Source: Trueperaceae bacterium
GTDB taxonomy: Bacteria > Deinococcota > Deinococci > Deinococcales > Trueperaceae
NCBI GenBank assembly: GCA_034521815.1
Contig: JAXHLW010000013.1
Coordinates: 1,568,001 to 1,632,000, forward strand
Direction: 5' to 3'
DNA: 64,000 bases
The stretch's first letter is position 1, and every line of letters starts with the position of its first letter. The notes beneath the pieces are model-generated. The model ran no database searches. It saw only the letters and a list, made by a program, of their open reading frames with translations, and had not been told where the DNA came from. The translations under genes were made by a program, and so were the position numbers. Below are positions 27,476 through 37,420 of this stretch, one piece after another.

Positions 27476-27823
27476 TCACACCACTTCGAGATGGGCGAGC
27501 TGTAGCTCGCGCCCTTGGCGGAGGTCGGCGGACGGCGTCCCGCAGGTGGGGCACAACGCGACGCCGTAGCGGTTGTCGAGCTCGAAGCTGGCGTCGCACA
27601 GGCCGCAGTGCGCGATGGCGGGCAGGTAGTCCACCTCGAGCCGCGCATCCTCGGCCATGGTGCCGAGGCGAGCTCCGGAGAACGCGAACTCCAGCGCCTC
27701 GGGAACGACGCCCGCGAGGGCGCCGATCTCGAGGTGGATCGCGTCGATGCGTGTCGCGCCGTCGTCCCGCGCCGTCTTCTCCGCGAGGTCCAGCATGCTC
27801 ATCACCAGCGAGAACTCATGCAT
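27476..27823 (-). CDS. hypA: Nickel chaperone HypA
   Basis: MHEFSL, two CxxC motifs, GRELQL. Confidence 0.95.
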   Translation of the reverse strand: MHEFSLVMSMLDLAEKTARDDGATRIDAIHLEIGALAGVVPEALEFAFSGARLGTMAEDARLEVDYLPAIAHCGLCDASFELDNRYGVALCPTCGTPSADLRQGRELQLAHLEVV

Positions 27824-28373
27824 GGGCCAACACGATCTCCTCGGCGCTGAACACGTCGTCGGCCCGCATCTCCGGCCGGACGATCTGGGGCGTGACGCCG
27901 TGCGTTTCGAGCTCGCGAAGCACGACGGTGGCCAAGGCGTCCATGCGACCACGCACCGTCGGCGTGAGTCCCACGCCCACCTCGCCGCTCTCGAACTCCA
28001 GGGGAGCGACGCCGATGCCGACGATCGTCACGTCGGGCAGGTCCCCGTACAGGTCCATCGCGGTGAGCAGGTCGGGAACCTCCCACTCGTGAGAGGACAG
28101 CTTGCCGTAGCCGATCTCGTCGGGAACCTCGCCCCGCCCGAAGCGATACACCTTTCCGGGCGGGGCGGCGACGGCGTCGACCAGCACGACGTGCCGGTAC
28201 TCGGCGATCAGGTTCAGCAGCTGCCAGCCCAGCGTCCCGCCGTCGACGATCTCGACGTGGTCCGGGAAGGCGTACTTGCTGCGCAGGTAGTGCATCAGGT
28301 GCACGCCCGCGCCCTCGTCGCCGTAGTACACGTTTCCGACGCCGAGCACGAGGAGCGGGCGTGCGTCGCTCAT
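27816..28373 (-). CDS. hyaD: Hydrogenase maturation endopeptidase (HyaD/HupD family)
   Basis: VLGVGNVYYGDEGAGV, DGGTLG, VDAV, SSHE. Confidence 0.92.
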   Translation of the reverse strand: MSDARPLLVLGVGNVYYGDEGAGVHLMHYLRSKYAFPDHVEIVDGGTLGWQLLNLIAEYRHVVLVDAVAAPPGKVYRFGRGEVPDEIGYGKLSSHEWEVPDLLTAMDLYGDLPDVTIVGIGVAPLEFESGEVGVGLTPTVRGRMDALATVVLRELETHGVTPQIVRPEMRADDVFSAEEIVLAHA

Positions 28374-29230
28374 GAGGTCTCGTCCCTCTTCGAATCGCGC
28401 GTCGCGCGCTTGGTCGTGCGCTTCGCCGTCGGCGCGCTGCTCGGCTCGACGGCGTCGACCTCTTCGGCCCCCGCTTCGCGCGTGGTGGCGTCCTGGGCCG
28501 CGAAGCCGGAGATGATGCCCTCGACCAGCATGTTGCCGGTCCGCATGCTGTTCCAGACCGCCATGTAGATGTGGACCATCGTGAACACGACGAAGAACCA
28601 CATCGCGACGTGATGGACCATGCGGACGTTGGCGAGGCCGCCCAGCCAGACTTGGATCGGGCTCAGCAGGTTCGCGCCGAACGTCGCCAGCCCGCCCTGC
28701 ACGTACGGTGCCGCGATCAGGATGCCGGTGACGCTGATGACCAGCAGCGCGGCGTAGAGGAGCGTGTAGACGAGGTACTGAAGCGGGCCGTAGTTGCTGT
28801 ACGTGAAGTGCGGGTGCTCGCGCTTCATCAGCAGGTAGAACGCCAGCTGATCGCGCCACGCCTTCCAGTTGAACAGGATCGGCGCCATGCGGAGCTCCGC
28901 ACCGAGACCCAGCTTGCCCTCCCGGTTGATGAACAGGAACTGGTAGATCCGGGCCAGCGTGAACGCCAGCAGCAGCCAGCCGGCGGCCACGTGCCAGCCG
29001 CGAATCTGCGCCAGCATGAAGTTGTCGGCCGTTGCGACGCCCAGGTTGCGTGCGAAGAACGGGTTGGCGAGGTAGATGCCGCTCAGCACCAGCCAGATCA
29101 GCAGCGCGTTGCGGACCCAGTGCGTGATCCGCACGAACCGTCCGAAGACGTACACCACCATCTTCGGGCGGCCCTTGCGCTCCATCACGACCGCTCTGGG
29201 CCTACCGGCACGGGTCGTGTCGGTCGTCAC
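28370..29230 (-). CDS. hyaC: [NiFe] hydrogenase b-type cytochrome subunit
   Basis: VRITHW, RGWHV, YGPLQ, RMVHH..MWFFVVFTMVHIYMA heme-ligand His pattern. Confidence 0.9.
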   Translation of the reverse strand: MTTDTTRAGRPRAVVMERKGRPKMVVYVFGRFVRITHWVRNALLIWLVLSGIYLANPFFARNLGVATADNFMLAQIRGWHVAAGWLLLAFTLARIYQFLFINREGKLGLGAELRMAPILFNWKAWRDQLAFYLLMKREHPHFTYSNYGPLQYLVYTLLYAALLVISVTGILIAAPYVQGGLATFGANLLSPIQVWLGGLANVRMVHHVAMWFFVVFTMVHIYMAVWNSMRTGNMLVEGIISGFAAQDATTREAGAEEVDAVEPSSAPTAKRTTKRATRDSKRDETS

Positions 29231-29233
29231 GCG

Positions 29234-30925
29234 TCACACCTCCACTTCGTGGTGCGCGATCTCCTCGCCGTCGCGGTTCAGGATGTGCACCGCGCAGGCG
29301 AGGCAAGGATCGAACGAGTGGATGGTGCGCACGACCTCGAGCGGCTGGGTGGGGTCGGCCATCGGCTGTCCGACCAGCGCGGACTCGTACGCGCCCCGCT
29401 GCTCGCGGCCGTCCTTCGGGCTGGCGTTCCAGGTCGAGGGAACGACCGCCTGGTAGTTCGAGACCGATCCGCCCTGAACGGTGAGCCAGTGGCTCAGGCT
29501 GCCGCGCGGCGCTTCCGCCATCGCCCAGCCGGGCCCGTCCTTGGCGTCGTAGCGGTTGAAGAACCGGTCGTCGCCGTTCGAGACGTTCGCGGTGAGGTTC
29601 CCGATCATGCTGGGCACGTAGTCGGAGACGATCTTCGTCTCGAGTCCGCGGGCCACGGTGCGGCCGACGGTGGAGTACCAGAACTCGAACGGAACCCCGA
29701 GCTGCGAGGTGTAGTCGTCCATGATCGTACGGACCGACTCGTTCCCGCCGGCGTAGGCGATCAGCATCCGCGCCAGCGGGCCGACCTCGACCGGCATGCC
29801 GTCGTAGCGCGGCGACTTGATCCAGGAGTAGCTGCCTTCGGTCTGAAGGGTGTTGTCGTCCGCGAAGCCGGTGTAGGCGGGGTTGGTCTGGCCGTCGAGC
29901 GGGTGGAGCGAGTCCTCGCCGCCTTCGTACGTGTACCAGGAGTGCGCGACCTCTTCGCCGATGAGCATCGGGTCGATCGTCCGCACCGTATCCAGGTCGC
30001 GGTCGACGATCAGTCCGGGCTGGAGGAAGAACGCGCGGTTCTCCCACGGGCGCTCGTCCAGCGAGATGGCGCCGAAGCTCATGTAGTTGCGCAGGCCGCC
30101 GCCTTCGCCGGCGAGCGCCTCTTCACGGTAGCGATCGCCGATCAGGGCCATGTCGGGCAGGTACGCCCGCTCGACGAAGTCGGCCGCCTTGGCCATGAGG
30201 AACTGGTACTCGGCGATCCGGTGCGCATCCAGGGCGTCGCGGGCGGAGGTGATGCCGCCGACGATCAGGCTCTGCGGGTGGGGGTTCTTGCCGCCGAAGA
30301 TCGCGCTGGCCTTGGCGCTGAGCCGCTGGATCGCCAGGTTGTCGAGGTAGTGCGAGGCGACGATCAGGTTCTCTTCCGGCGTGAGCCGGTACTTGGGGTG
30401 TCCCCAGTAACCGCCGGCGAACGGTCCGAGCTGGCCGCTCTGGACGAACGCGAGCAGCCGCTCGGCGACCGCGCGATAGTGGCTGACCGAGGCGTTGTAC
30501 GGCTTGTCGTGGTACTGCATCGCGACGTCGGTCGCGGCTTGCGGATCGGCGTCGAGCGCGCTGACGACGTCGAACCAGTCCATCGAGTGCAGCTGGTAGA
30601 AGTGCGTGGTGTGGTCGTTCACCAGCTGGGCGGCCCAGATCAGGTTGCGAAGCATCCGGGCGTTGGGGGGGATGGTGACGCCGTACGCGCTCTCGGTCGC
30701 CTCGACGCCGCGCTCGTAGTGGTGGTAGGTGCAGACGCCGCAGATGCGTTGCGCGAACAGGCCGACGTCCTTGGGATCGCGACCCCGCATGATGCTCTCG
30801 AAGCCGCGGAAGGCGGTGCTGCTGCTGGCGGCCTCCTCGACCGTGCCGGCGTCGCCGACCTCGATCTCGATGCGGAGATGCCCCTCGATGCGGGTAATGG
30901 GATCGATGACGTGTTTAGCGGCCAC
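29234..30925 (-). CDS. hyaB: Group 1 [NiFe] hydrogenase large subunit
   Basis: DPITRIEGH, QRICGVC (L1), SFDPCLACAVH (L2) plus cleavable tail. Confidence 0.97.
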   Translation of the reverse strand: MAAKHVIDPITRIEGHLRIEIEVGDAGTVEEAASSSTAFRGFESIMRGRDPKDVGLFAQRICGVCTYHHYERGVEATESAYGVTIPPNARMLRNLIWAAQLVNDHTTHFYQLHSMDWFDVVSALDADPQAATDVAMQYHDKPYNASVSHYRAVAERLLAFVQSGQLGPFAGGYWGHPKYRLTPEENLIVASHYLDNLAIQRLSAKASAIFGGKNPHPQSLIVGGITSARDALDAHRIAEYQFLMAKAADFVERAYLPDMALIGDRYREEALAGEGGGLRNYMSFGAISLDERPWENRAFFLQPGLIVDRDLDTVRTIDPMLIGEEVAHSWYTYEGGEDSLHPLDGQTNPAYTGFADDNTLQTEGSYSWIKSPRYDGMPVEVGPLARMLIAYAGGNESVRTIMDDYTSQLGVPFEFWYSTVGRTVARGLETKIVSDYVPSMIGNLTANVSNGDDRFFNRYDAKDGPGWAMAEAPRGSLSHWLTVQGGSVSNYQAVVPSTWNASPKDGREQRGAYESALVGQPMADPTQPLEVVRTIHSFDPCLACAVHILNRDGEEIAHHEVEV

Positions 30926-30928
30926 GGT

Positions 30929-32176
30929 TCACTGCTCCTTCTGCTTGCCCTGGCGCTGCTCCTGGGCGGACTTGATGGCGGTGGCTCCAGCGTGAGCCGC
31001 GACGCCGACGGCGGCCGCTCCGAGCACGACCTTGCCGATGGTGTCGGCGTTGGCGTCGGTGCCGAACGGGGTCGAGTACACACGCCCGGCGAGGGGCTGC
31101 TCGAACGGGGTCATGGTGTCCCAGAAGCCGGGCTCGCTACAGCCGATGCAGCCGTGGCCGGCCATGATCGGCCAAGACGCGCCCTCGTTGAAGCGCACGA
31201 CGCCGCAGTTGTTGAACGCCATCGGGCCTTTGCAGCCGACCTTGTACAGGCAGAGGCCGTCCTTGAGACCTTCGATGTCGGTCCAGCCCTCGACGAACTC
31301 GCCGGCGTCGAAGTGGCCGCGGCGCTCGCACTTGTCGTGGATGCGATCGCTGTACGCCCAGAGCGGCCGGTTGAACGCGTCCAGCGACGGCAGCCTGCCG
31401 AACAACGCGTACTCGAGGATCGTTCCGGTCACGTTCGTGCTGGACACCGGGCAGCCGGGCAGGTTCACGACCGGCTTGGAAACGCCGCGCTGACCCAGGA
31501 AGTCGCCGACGCCCAGCGCCGTGGTGGGGTTGGGGCGCGCGGCGGGGATCCCGCCGTACGCGGCGCAGGTGCCGGCGTTGATCACGGCGGCCGCGTGCGT
31601 GGCGACGTGCTCCACGATCCGGGTTCCGGTATGGCCGTCGGGGCCGATGGTGAGGAAGTTACCGTCGTCGCCGATCGGGACGGAGCCTTCGAACACCGCG
31701 ATGTACTGTCCGTCGAAGCGCTCGATCGCCGCCTCGAGCACGGCGTCGGCCTGGTGGCCGGACGGGGCCATCAGCACCTCGGCGTACTCGAGACTGATCA
31801 GGTCGAGGATCAGCTCGTCCACGCCGGGGTTCGTGTTGCGGATGAGCGCCATGCTGTTCCCGGTGCACGACTGCAGCTCTTGCCAGATGACCGGGATGCG
31901 GGTCGCGACCTCTTGGGCGCGAGCGACGCGCAGGTCGAACATGGAGGGAAGGCCGAGGGTCGCGGTCGTGACGGCGGACATCTTGAGGAAGTCGCGGCGC
32001 GAGAGGCCGCGGCGCTTGAGCACGTCTTCGAGCGAGACGTCCTTGAGGGGCGCCTGCGCCTCGAGGCGATCGAGGTTGGCGTCGGCCTCCGCGGCCAACA
32101 TCTCATAGTGCTCCAGGGTTCTCCGGTCGAGATTCGCCTGGGCGTCGGGGTCGTGCTTCCTCGGTGTTTGCGTCAT
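30929..32176 (-). CDS. hyaA: [NiFe] hydrogenase small subunit (Tat signal, C-terminal TM anchor)
   Basis: SRRDFLK, CTGN, GTCAAYGG, PGCP, HDKC, CLYKVGCKGP, CIGC. Confidence 0.97.
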   Translation of the reverse strand: MTQTPRKHDPDAQANLDRRTLEHYEMLAAEADANLDRLEAQAPLKDVSLEDVLKRRGLSRRDFLKMSAVTTATLGLPSMFDLRVARAQEVATRIPVIWQELQSCTGNSMALIRNTNPGVDELILDLISLEYAEVLMAPSGHQADAVLEAAIERFDGQYIAVFEGSVPIGDDGNFLTIGPDGHTGTRIVEHVATHAAAVINAGTCAAYGGIPAARPNPTTALGVGDFLGQRGVSKPVVNLPGCPVSSTNVTGTILEYALFGRLPSLDAFNRPLWAYSDRIHDKCERRGHFDAGEFVEGWTDIEGLKDGLCLYKVGCKGPMAFNNCGVVRFNEGASWPIMAGHGCIGCSEPGFWDTMTPFEQPLAGRVYSTPFGTDANADTIGKVVLGAAAVGVAAHAGATAIKSAQEQRQGKQKEQ

Positions 32177-32359
32177 GCGCTCCTCCTCGCGCTGTCCGTC
32201 CCCGACGTTTCGCCGAGGCGACCGAGGGGCTCCCCGGTCCACGATCACGGTCTAGGCTGCGGAACTCCTGCGTCGATCTCGGGTCTTCGCCGTCAGGTGA
32301 GTGCGGCAACCTCGCTTACGTGATGCGACGAAAGTAGCAGCCGGAGGCGTCGCCGTCGC

Positions 32360-32373
32360 GGGACATCGGTCCT
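32360..32373 (-). promoter_or_regulatory. Putative activator box AGGAC-CGAT-GTCCC upstream of the hydrogenase operon
   Basis: 23 nt upstream of TACTTT (32331-32336, minus strand). Confidence 0.65.
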
Positions 32374-32415
32374 TTGCCCTCGTGAAGAGTTCCTCGGACG
32401 GCTGCCGGCTTCCAC

Positions 32416-33981
32416 GTGACGTCGACGCGAACGGAGGCCGTCGCCATCGGCCTGAGCGCTCCTCGTCACGGCGCCGCTGAGCGCCGGCGTTCGCGGACGC
32501 TCGGCGGCGAAGCGCCACGGGGGTACACTGCGTGCCTGCCGTGGCTCGTACGCCTAGGGGCATGTCGCCTCGCCGCCCGAGAAAGCGATTCGCTTGAACA
32601 CGCTGCATCGACTCCGTTCCGGCGCACGCCGCACCTACTTCGGTGGTGGATCGTGGCCGGATCGATCGGGATTCAGGTTCTCGCCGCGGGCCTGGTGATG
32701 CAGGCGTTCGGAACGTACGTCGCGGTCTGGCAGGCCGAGTTCGGCTGGAGCAAGACCGCCTTCGCCGCCGCGTTCGCGCTGCAGCGAGGTTTGATGGCGT
32801 TGCTCAGCCCGGTGCAGGGCTGGCTGCTCCAGCGGCTCGGACCGCGCACCGTGATCCAGGCCGGCCTGGTGATCCTCGCCATCGGCTTCGTCCTGCTCAG
32901 TCGGTTCCAGACCCAGGCCGGCTTCTACGCCGCGTTCATGGTCATGGCCCTCGGCGTCGGGATGAGCGGGTTCCTGTCGTTGACCTCGACGATCGTGAAC
33001 TGGTTCGAGCGACGCCGGTCGTCCGCCCTGGCGTTGATGCAGCTGGGCATCAGCCTAGGCGGGCTGATGGTGCCCGCCGTCGCTTGGCTGCTGACGACGC
33101 AAGGCTGGCGAGCGACCGCGCTCATCTCGGCGGGTGCGGTGCTGGCGTTCGGCCTGCCGCTCAGCGCGCTGATGCGCAGCACGCCCGAGGCGTACGGAAT
33201 GCGTCTCGACGGCGATCCGCCACGCACCCCCGCCGCGATCGATCCCACGGCAGCCATGGCGGACGATGAAGAGGACGCCAGCACCCGCAAGGACGCGGCC
33301 CGTTACGAGCCGGGCGCCGCGGCCAGCGGCGCCGACAGCGATCCGGCCCCGGCAGCGGGGCACGACTTCGGTGCGCGCGAGGCCATCCGTACCCGCGCGT
33401 TCTGGTTCATCACGGCCGGCCACGCGATCGCGGTCACCCTGGTCGCCACCGTCACGGTCCACCTCGTCGTGCATCTCAACGAGGGCCTGGGCCTGTCGAT
33501 CCAGACCGCCGCCACCATCGTCGCCCTCATGACCGGCGCCATGATGGTCGGCCAGCTGGTCGGCGGCGTCCTCGGCGACCGCTTCCCGAAGCGCGTGATC
33601 GCGACCGTCGCGATGCTGGCGCACGCCGTCGCGCTGGTCGTCGTCGCCCTCGCCCCGTCGCTGCCGTGGGTGGTGTTCTTCGCTGTTCTCCACGGCGTCG
33701 CCTGGGGCATGCGAGGCCCGATCATGCAGGCGCTGCGGGCGGACTACTTCGGGCGCAGCTCGTTCGCGACGATCATGGGCATCAGCTTCTCGTTCGTGAT
33801 GCTGGGACAGATGGCCGGTCCGCTGATCGCCGGAGCCCTGGCCGACGCGCTGGGCGACTACCGGCTGGCGTTCTTCGGCCTCGCGGCGCTGGTCGCCCTG
33901 GGCTCGCTGTTCTTCGTGTTCGCAGCGCCGCCCCCCGGGTCGCGGGCCACACCCGCGCCTCCGAAAGCATCGACGCGATGA
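32416..33981 (+). CDS. MFS transporter (true start probably further downstream)
   Basis: About 12 TM segments; GWLLQRLGPR, NWFERRRS, GVLGDRFPKR, ADYFG. Confidence 0.85.
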   Translation: MTSTRTEAVAIGLSAPRHGAAERRRSRTLGGEAPRGYTACLPWLVRLGACRLAARESDSLEHAASTPFRRTPHLLRWWIVAGSIGIQVLAAGLVMQAFGTYVAVWQAEFGWSKTAFAAAFALQRGLMALLSPVQGWLLQRLGPRTVIQAGLVILAIGFVLLSRFQTQAGFYAAFMVMALGVGMSGFLSLTSTIVNWFERRRSSALALMQLGISLGGLMVPAVAWLLTTQGWRATALISAGAVLAFGLPLSALMRSTPEAYGMRLDGDPPRTPAAIDPTAAMADDEEDASTRKDAARYEPGAAASGADSDPAPAAGHDFGAREAIRTRAFWFITAGHAIAVTLVATVTVHLVVHLNEGLGLSIQTAATIVALMTGAMMVGQLVGGVLGDRFPKRVIATVAMLAHAVALVVVALAPSLPWVVFFAVLHGVAWGMRGPIMQALRADYFGRSSFATIMGISFSFVMLGQMAGPLIAGALADALGDYRLAFFGLAALVALGSLFFVFAAPPPGSRATPAPPKASTR

Positions 33982-34118
33982 TTCGCGCCCGGCGTGGGCC
34001 GTGCCCAGCAGCCAGGCGTTGATCGGCGATCCGAGCAGAGTCGCGGCGAAGAGTGCGCAGGTCCGCCCGACGTCGTGACCGACGCCGGGCGAAGAACGGC
34101 TCGTCGCCGACGTCGAGC

Positions 34119-34913
34119 TCAGCCGCCAGCGGCCACCTCGAGCACCGGATTCCGCCAGTCCCATTCGGCCGGGTCCAGATCGCCCACCCCGAGGATTCCG
34201 CCGTGCAACGCGACGTGACCCTCCGCGCCTTCCAGTGCGCGCGCTCCGGCGCTGCCGCACGGAGGACCGGGGATCTGGTCGCACCGTTCCGTGTTCGCCT
34301 CGCTGCCGGCGTCGAACACGCGGACCACCGCGTCGTGCGGTGGCGGAGCGGCGCCCATCGCGTCCATTGCGTCCATGCCGCCCATCGCGCTCGGGTCGTC
34401 CATCGACGTCGCGCCGTCGGCGGTCATGGCGTCGTCCGCCATCGTCATGCTCATCGGATCCAGCTCGCGAGCGTCTCCGGTCCAGACCAGGAAGGCGTCG
34501 TTCGTGGTCACCAGCATGCCCAGGACGGTCAGGTAGGGCTGCTCCTCCGACGTCTCGACCTCGAGCGTGACGCTCTGGCCCGGTGGCAGCGGTCCATCGG
34601 CGATCACGACCGCCGCGACGGCCGGATCGAGCCGCGTGATCGCGGCCAGCTCCGACGCGTCGCCGTCCTCGGCCAGCCGCGCCAGCTCGGGCGTGGCCTC
34701 GCCGCCGATCAGGAACGGCGCGTAGTCGGCATCGTGGGCGATCAGGAGCGGAGGCGAGATCACCTGCGGCGACGTGTTCGTGAGCGTGACGCGGACGGTG
34801 CTCGTCTCGCCCATGCCCTGGGCCAGCGCGGCACCGACCCCCAGCATCGTCGCGAGCGAGAGAGCGAGCGCGAGCAGCGCCTTGCGGGTCGTGACGTTCG
34901 GGTGCGTGGTCAT
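34119..34913 (-). CDS. Secreted Spondin_N-domain protein with Met-rich insert
   Basis: Signal peptide; ISPPLLIAH, LAEDGD, MLVTTNDAF, FDAGSEANTE. Confidence 0.8.
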   Translation of the reverse strand: MTTHPNVTTRKALLALALSLATMLGVGAALAQGMGETSTVRVTLTNTSPQVISPPLLIAHDADYAPFLIGGEATPELARLAEDGDASELAAITRLDPAVAAVVIADGPLPPGQSVTLEVETSEEQPYLTVLGMLVTTNDAFLVWTGDARELDPMSMTMADDAMTADGATSMDDPSAMGGMDAMDAMGAAPPPHDAVVRVFDAGSEANTERCDQIPGPPCGSAGARALEGAEGHVALHGGILGVGDLDPAEWDWRNPVLEVAAGG

Positions 34914-34985
34914 GTGCGATCTCCTTTCGAGAACCACGCTAGGGCGCACATGCTCACGAGCGCATCGCGAACCTTCCCGAGACGA

Positions 34986-36593
34986 TCACGCCAAGGGCGT
35001 CTCCGGCCCTTCGGGACCCGCGAGCGGAAGCTCGATGCGGACGTGGGTGCCACGTCCGAGCTCGCTGCGCAGGTGGATCTCGCCGCCGTGGAGCTCGACG
35101 ATCCGGCGGGCGATCGCCAGGCCCAGCCCCGCTCCGTGGCCGCCTCGCTCGGGCGCGACCTGATGGAAACGGTCGAACACCCGGGCGACGTGGGCGTCCG
35201 GGATCCCTTCGCCGGTGTCCTCGACAGCGATTCGTAGCCGCTCGCGGGTCGCGTCGATGCGCACGTCGACGCGCCCCCCTCGCGGGGTATGCCTGATCGC
35301 GTTGTCCAGAAGATTCGACAGCGCCCGCTCGACCTGCCCGACGTCGGCAGAGAGGAGCGGGAGCTGGCCGGGCGGCGCGACGTGCAACGACACGCCCCGA
35401 CCCTGGGCACGGTCGGCGAACTTCGCGACCACGTCGTGCACCAGCTCGGCCACCGCGAACGGCTCGGTCCGCAGCGCCGGCGCGCTTCCGTCGATGCGCG
35501 CGAGGTCGAACAGGCTCTCGGTCAGGCGTTCGAGCCGGTCGGCGTTTCGCCGCGCCGTCTGGAGCAGCCGGTCGGCGTCCTCCGTCCGTCCAGCGCGCGC
35601 AGCGTCGGCCGACGCTTCCAGCGCGCCTTGCAGCGCCGTGAGCGGCGTGCGGAGATCGTGCGACACGTTCACCACCAGCTCGCGCCGCACGGCGTCCGCA
35701 CGCTCGAGCTCCTCGACCTGGGCGCGGACGCGCGCGGCGAGATCCCGAAACGCGCGCGAGAGCTCTTCGATCTCGTCACCGCGGCGCGCGTGGCCGGCGC
35801 GCTGCGGCTGTCCGCCTCGGCGGGCGCGCCCCTGGCGTGGGCGGCGGGCGCCGCCCGGACCGCTCCCAGCCGAGCCGGTCGACGCGGCGACGCTCGATGG
35901 GGCGACGCCCGATGGGGCGACGCCCGATGCGGTATCGGACGCCGCGAACGCCCTGACCTCGCGGCTCAGCGCCCGGAGGCGGCGGGTGAGCAGCGAGAAC
36001 GCCACGGCGGCGATCCCCAGCAGCGTCACGAGGCCCAGGCCGCCCGCCCACGACACCAGCGCCAGGCTTGTGCTGGTCCGGACGCTGCGGGCCAGCGACG
36101 CCCGCGTCTCGTCGGTGAGCACCACGTACATCCAGCCGCCCTCGGGCAGCGAGGCCGCCGAGAACACGGTCGTGCCGCCCCGGCGCGGATCGGTGCCCAG
36201 GAGGGGAAACGCGTCACCGCCCTCCTCCGTCGCGCGCACGAACGCCCGAACCGGCGCGAGGTCGACGGCCGTCCGGGCCAGCGTGACCTCGGGCGGAGCG
36301 TGAAGCACGCCGCCGTCCGGACCCAGCAGGTAGATCTCGACGCCGGGGTGCGCCATGGCCAGCATCTTGACCAGGTCGTCCATCGCCGCCTCGGATGCCA
36401 GCGGCGCAGGCTCCGCGTCGGCCCGGAGCTCGGCGATCAGATTGCGCGCCAGCCCCGCGTCGGTCCGCTGGGTGATCTCCTGGTGGTAGGCGCGCGCGCC
36501 GCGCAGCGACGCGCCGATCCAGATGGCGCCCGCCGGCACCAGGATCACCGCCAGCAGCACGGTCAGCCGGACGTGCAGGGCGCCCGGCCTCAC
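34986..36593 (-). CDS. HAMP sensor histidine kinase
   Basis: 2 TM, VSHDLRTPL, NLLDNAIRH, DTGEGI, GAGLGLAI. Confidence 0.93.
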   Translation of the reverse strand: MRPGALHVRLTVLLAVILVPAGAIWIGASLRGARAYHQEITQRTDAGLARNLIAELRADAEPAPLASEAAMDDLVKMLAMAHPGVEIYLLGPDGGVLHAPPEVTLARTAVDLAPVRAFVRATEEGGDAFPLLGTDPRRGGTTVFSAASLPEGGWMYVVLTDETRASLARSVRTSTSLALVSWAGGLGLVTLLGIAAVAFSLLTRRLRALSREVRAFAASDTASGVAPSGVAPSSVAASTGSAGSGPGGARRPRQGRARRGGQPQRAGHARRGDEIEELSRAFRDLAARVRAQVEELERADAVRRELVVNVSHDLRTPLTALQGALEASADAARAGRTEDADRLLQTARRNADRLERLTESLFDLARIDGSAPALRTEPFAVAELVHDVVAKFADRAQGRGVSLHVAPPGQLPLLSADVGQVERALSNLLDNAIRHTPRGGRVDVRIDATRERLRIAVEDTGEGIPDAHVARVFDRFHQVAPERGGHGAGLGLAIARRIVELHGGEIHLRSELGRGTHVRIELPLAGPEGPETPLA

Positions 36594-36603
36594 GACCCCG
36601 ACC

Positions 36604-37308
36604 TCACGAACGGACCGCCACCAGCTTGTAGCCGCGCCCCCACACGGTCAGCACCCGCTCAGGATTGGCTGGATCGTCCTCGATCTTCGCTCGGAGCCGG
36701 TTGATGTGCGAGTTCACGGTGTGCGCGAAGCCGTCGAATCCTGCGCCCCACACCCTATCGAGGAGCTCCTCGCGGGTGAACACCGCGCCCTCGTGGCGTG
36801 CGAGCACCAGCAGCAGGTCGAACTCGCGGCGCGTCAGGTGCGCGTCACGCCCCCGCACCGAGACGGCCTGGCCGGCCACGTCGATCCGGAGGTCGCCGCG
36901 CTCCAGGATCTCGCTCTCGCCCGGCGCGGCGCGGCTGGCCTCCCGGCGCCTGAGCAGCGCCTTGACGCGGGCCTGCAGCTCCCGGAGGCTGAACGGCTTG
37001 GTGACGTAGTCGTCCGCGCCCAGCTCCAAGCCCAGGACCCGGTCGATCTCGCCGGTACGGGCGGTCAGCATCACGATCAGGGCGTCCGGACGCTCCTCGC
37101 GCAGGCGGCGACACACCTCGAAGCCGTCGAGGCCCGGCAGCATCGCGTCCAGCACGACGACGTCGACGTCCGGGTCGCTGGCCGCGTCCAGACCGGCGAG
37201 CCCGTCGGCGTGCACCTCCACCTCGAACCCCGTGGCCGACAGGGCGTCCCGCACCAGGTCGGCGATGTCGGGATCGTCCTCGACGACGATCACGCGCGCG
37301 AGCGACAT
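36604..37308 (-). CDS. OmpR-family response regulator
   Basis: VEDD, LDAMLP, GADDYVTKPF, TVNSHINRLR, VWGRGY. Confidence 0.95.
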   Translation of the reverse strand: MSLARVIVVEDDPDIADLVRDALSATGFEVEVHADGLAGLDAASDPDVDVVVLDAMLPGLDGFEVCRRLREERPDALIVMLTARTGEIDRVLGLELGADDYVTKPFSLRELQARVKALLRRREASRAAPGESEILERGDLRIDVAGQAVSVRGRDAHLTRREFDLLLVLARHEGAVFTREELLDRVWGAGFDGFAHTVNSHINRLRAKIEDDPANPERVLTVWGRGYKLVAVRS

Positions 37309-37420
37309 GGAAGGAGTGTCGCACGACGCGGTTCACGCCGGCATCACGTCGCCGCCACCCGTGATCCGGGTGGCGGCGACGAGTGGGCGACGAGGTGAGC
37401 GACGATGTCGGGACGAACGG

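Noticed and set aside
28571-32323. 1250-aa plus-strand ORF and many other long antisense ORFs
   Set aside because: Shadow ORFs opposite real genes, expected at this GC content; no recognisable motifs.
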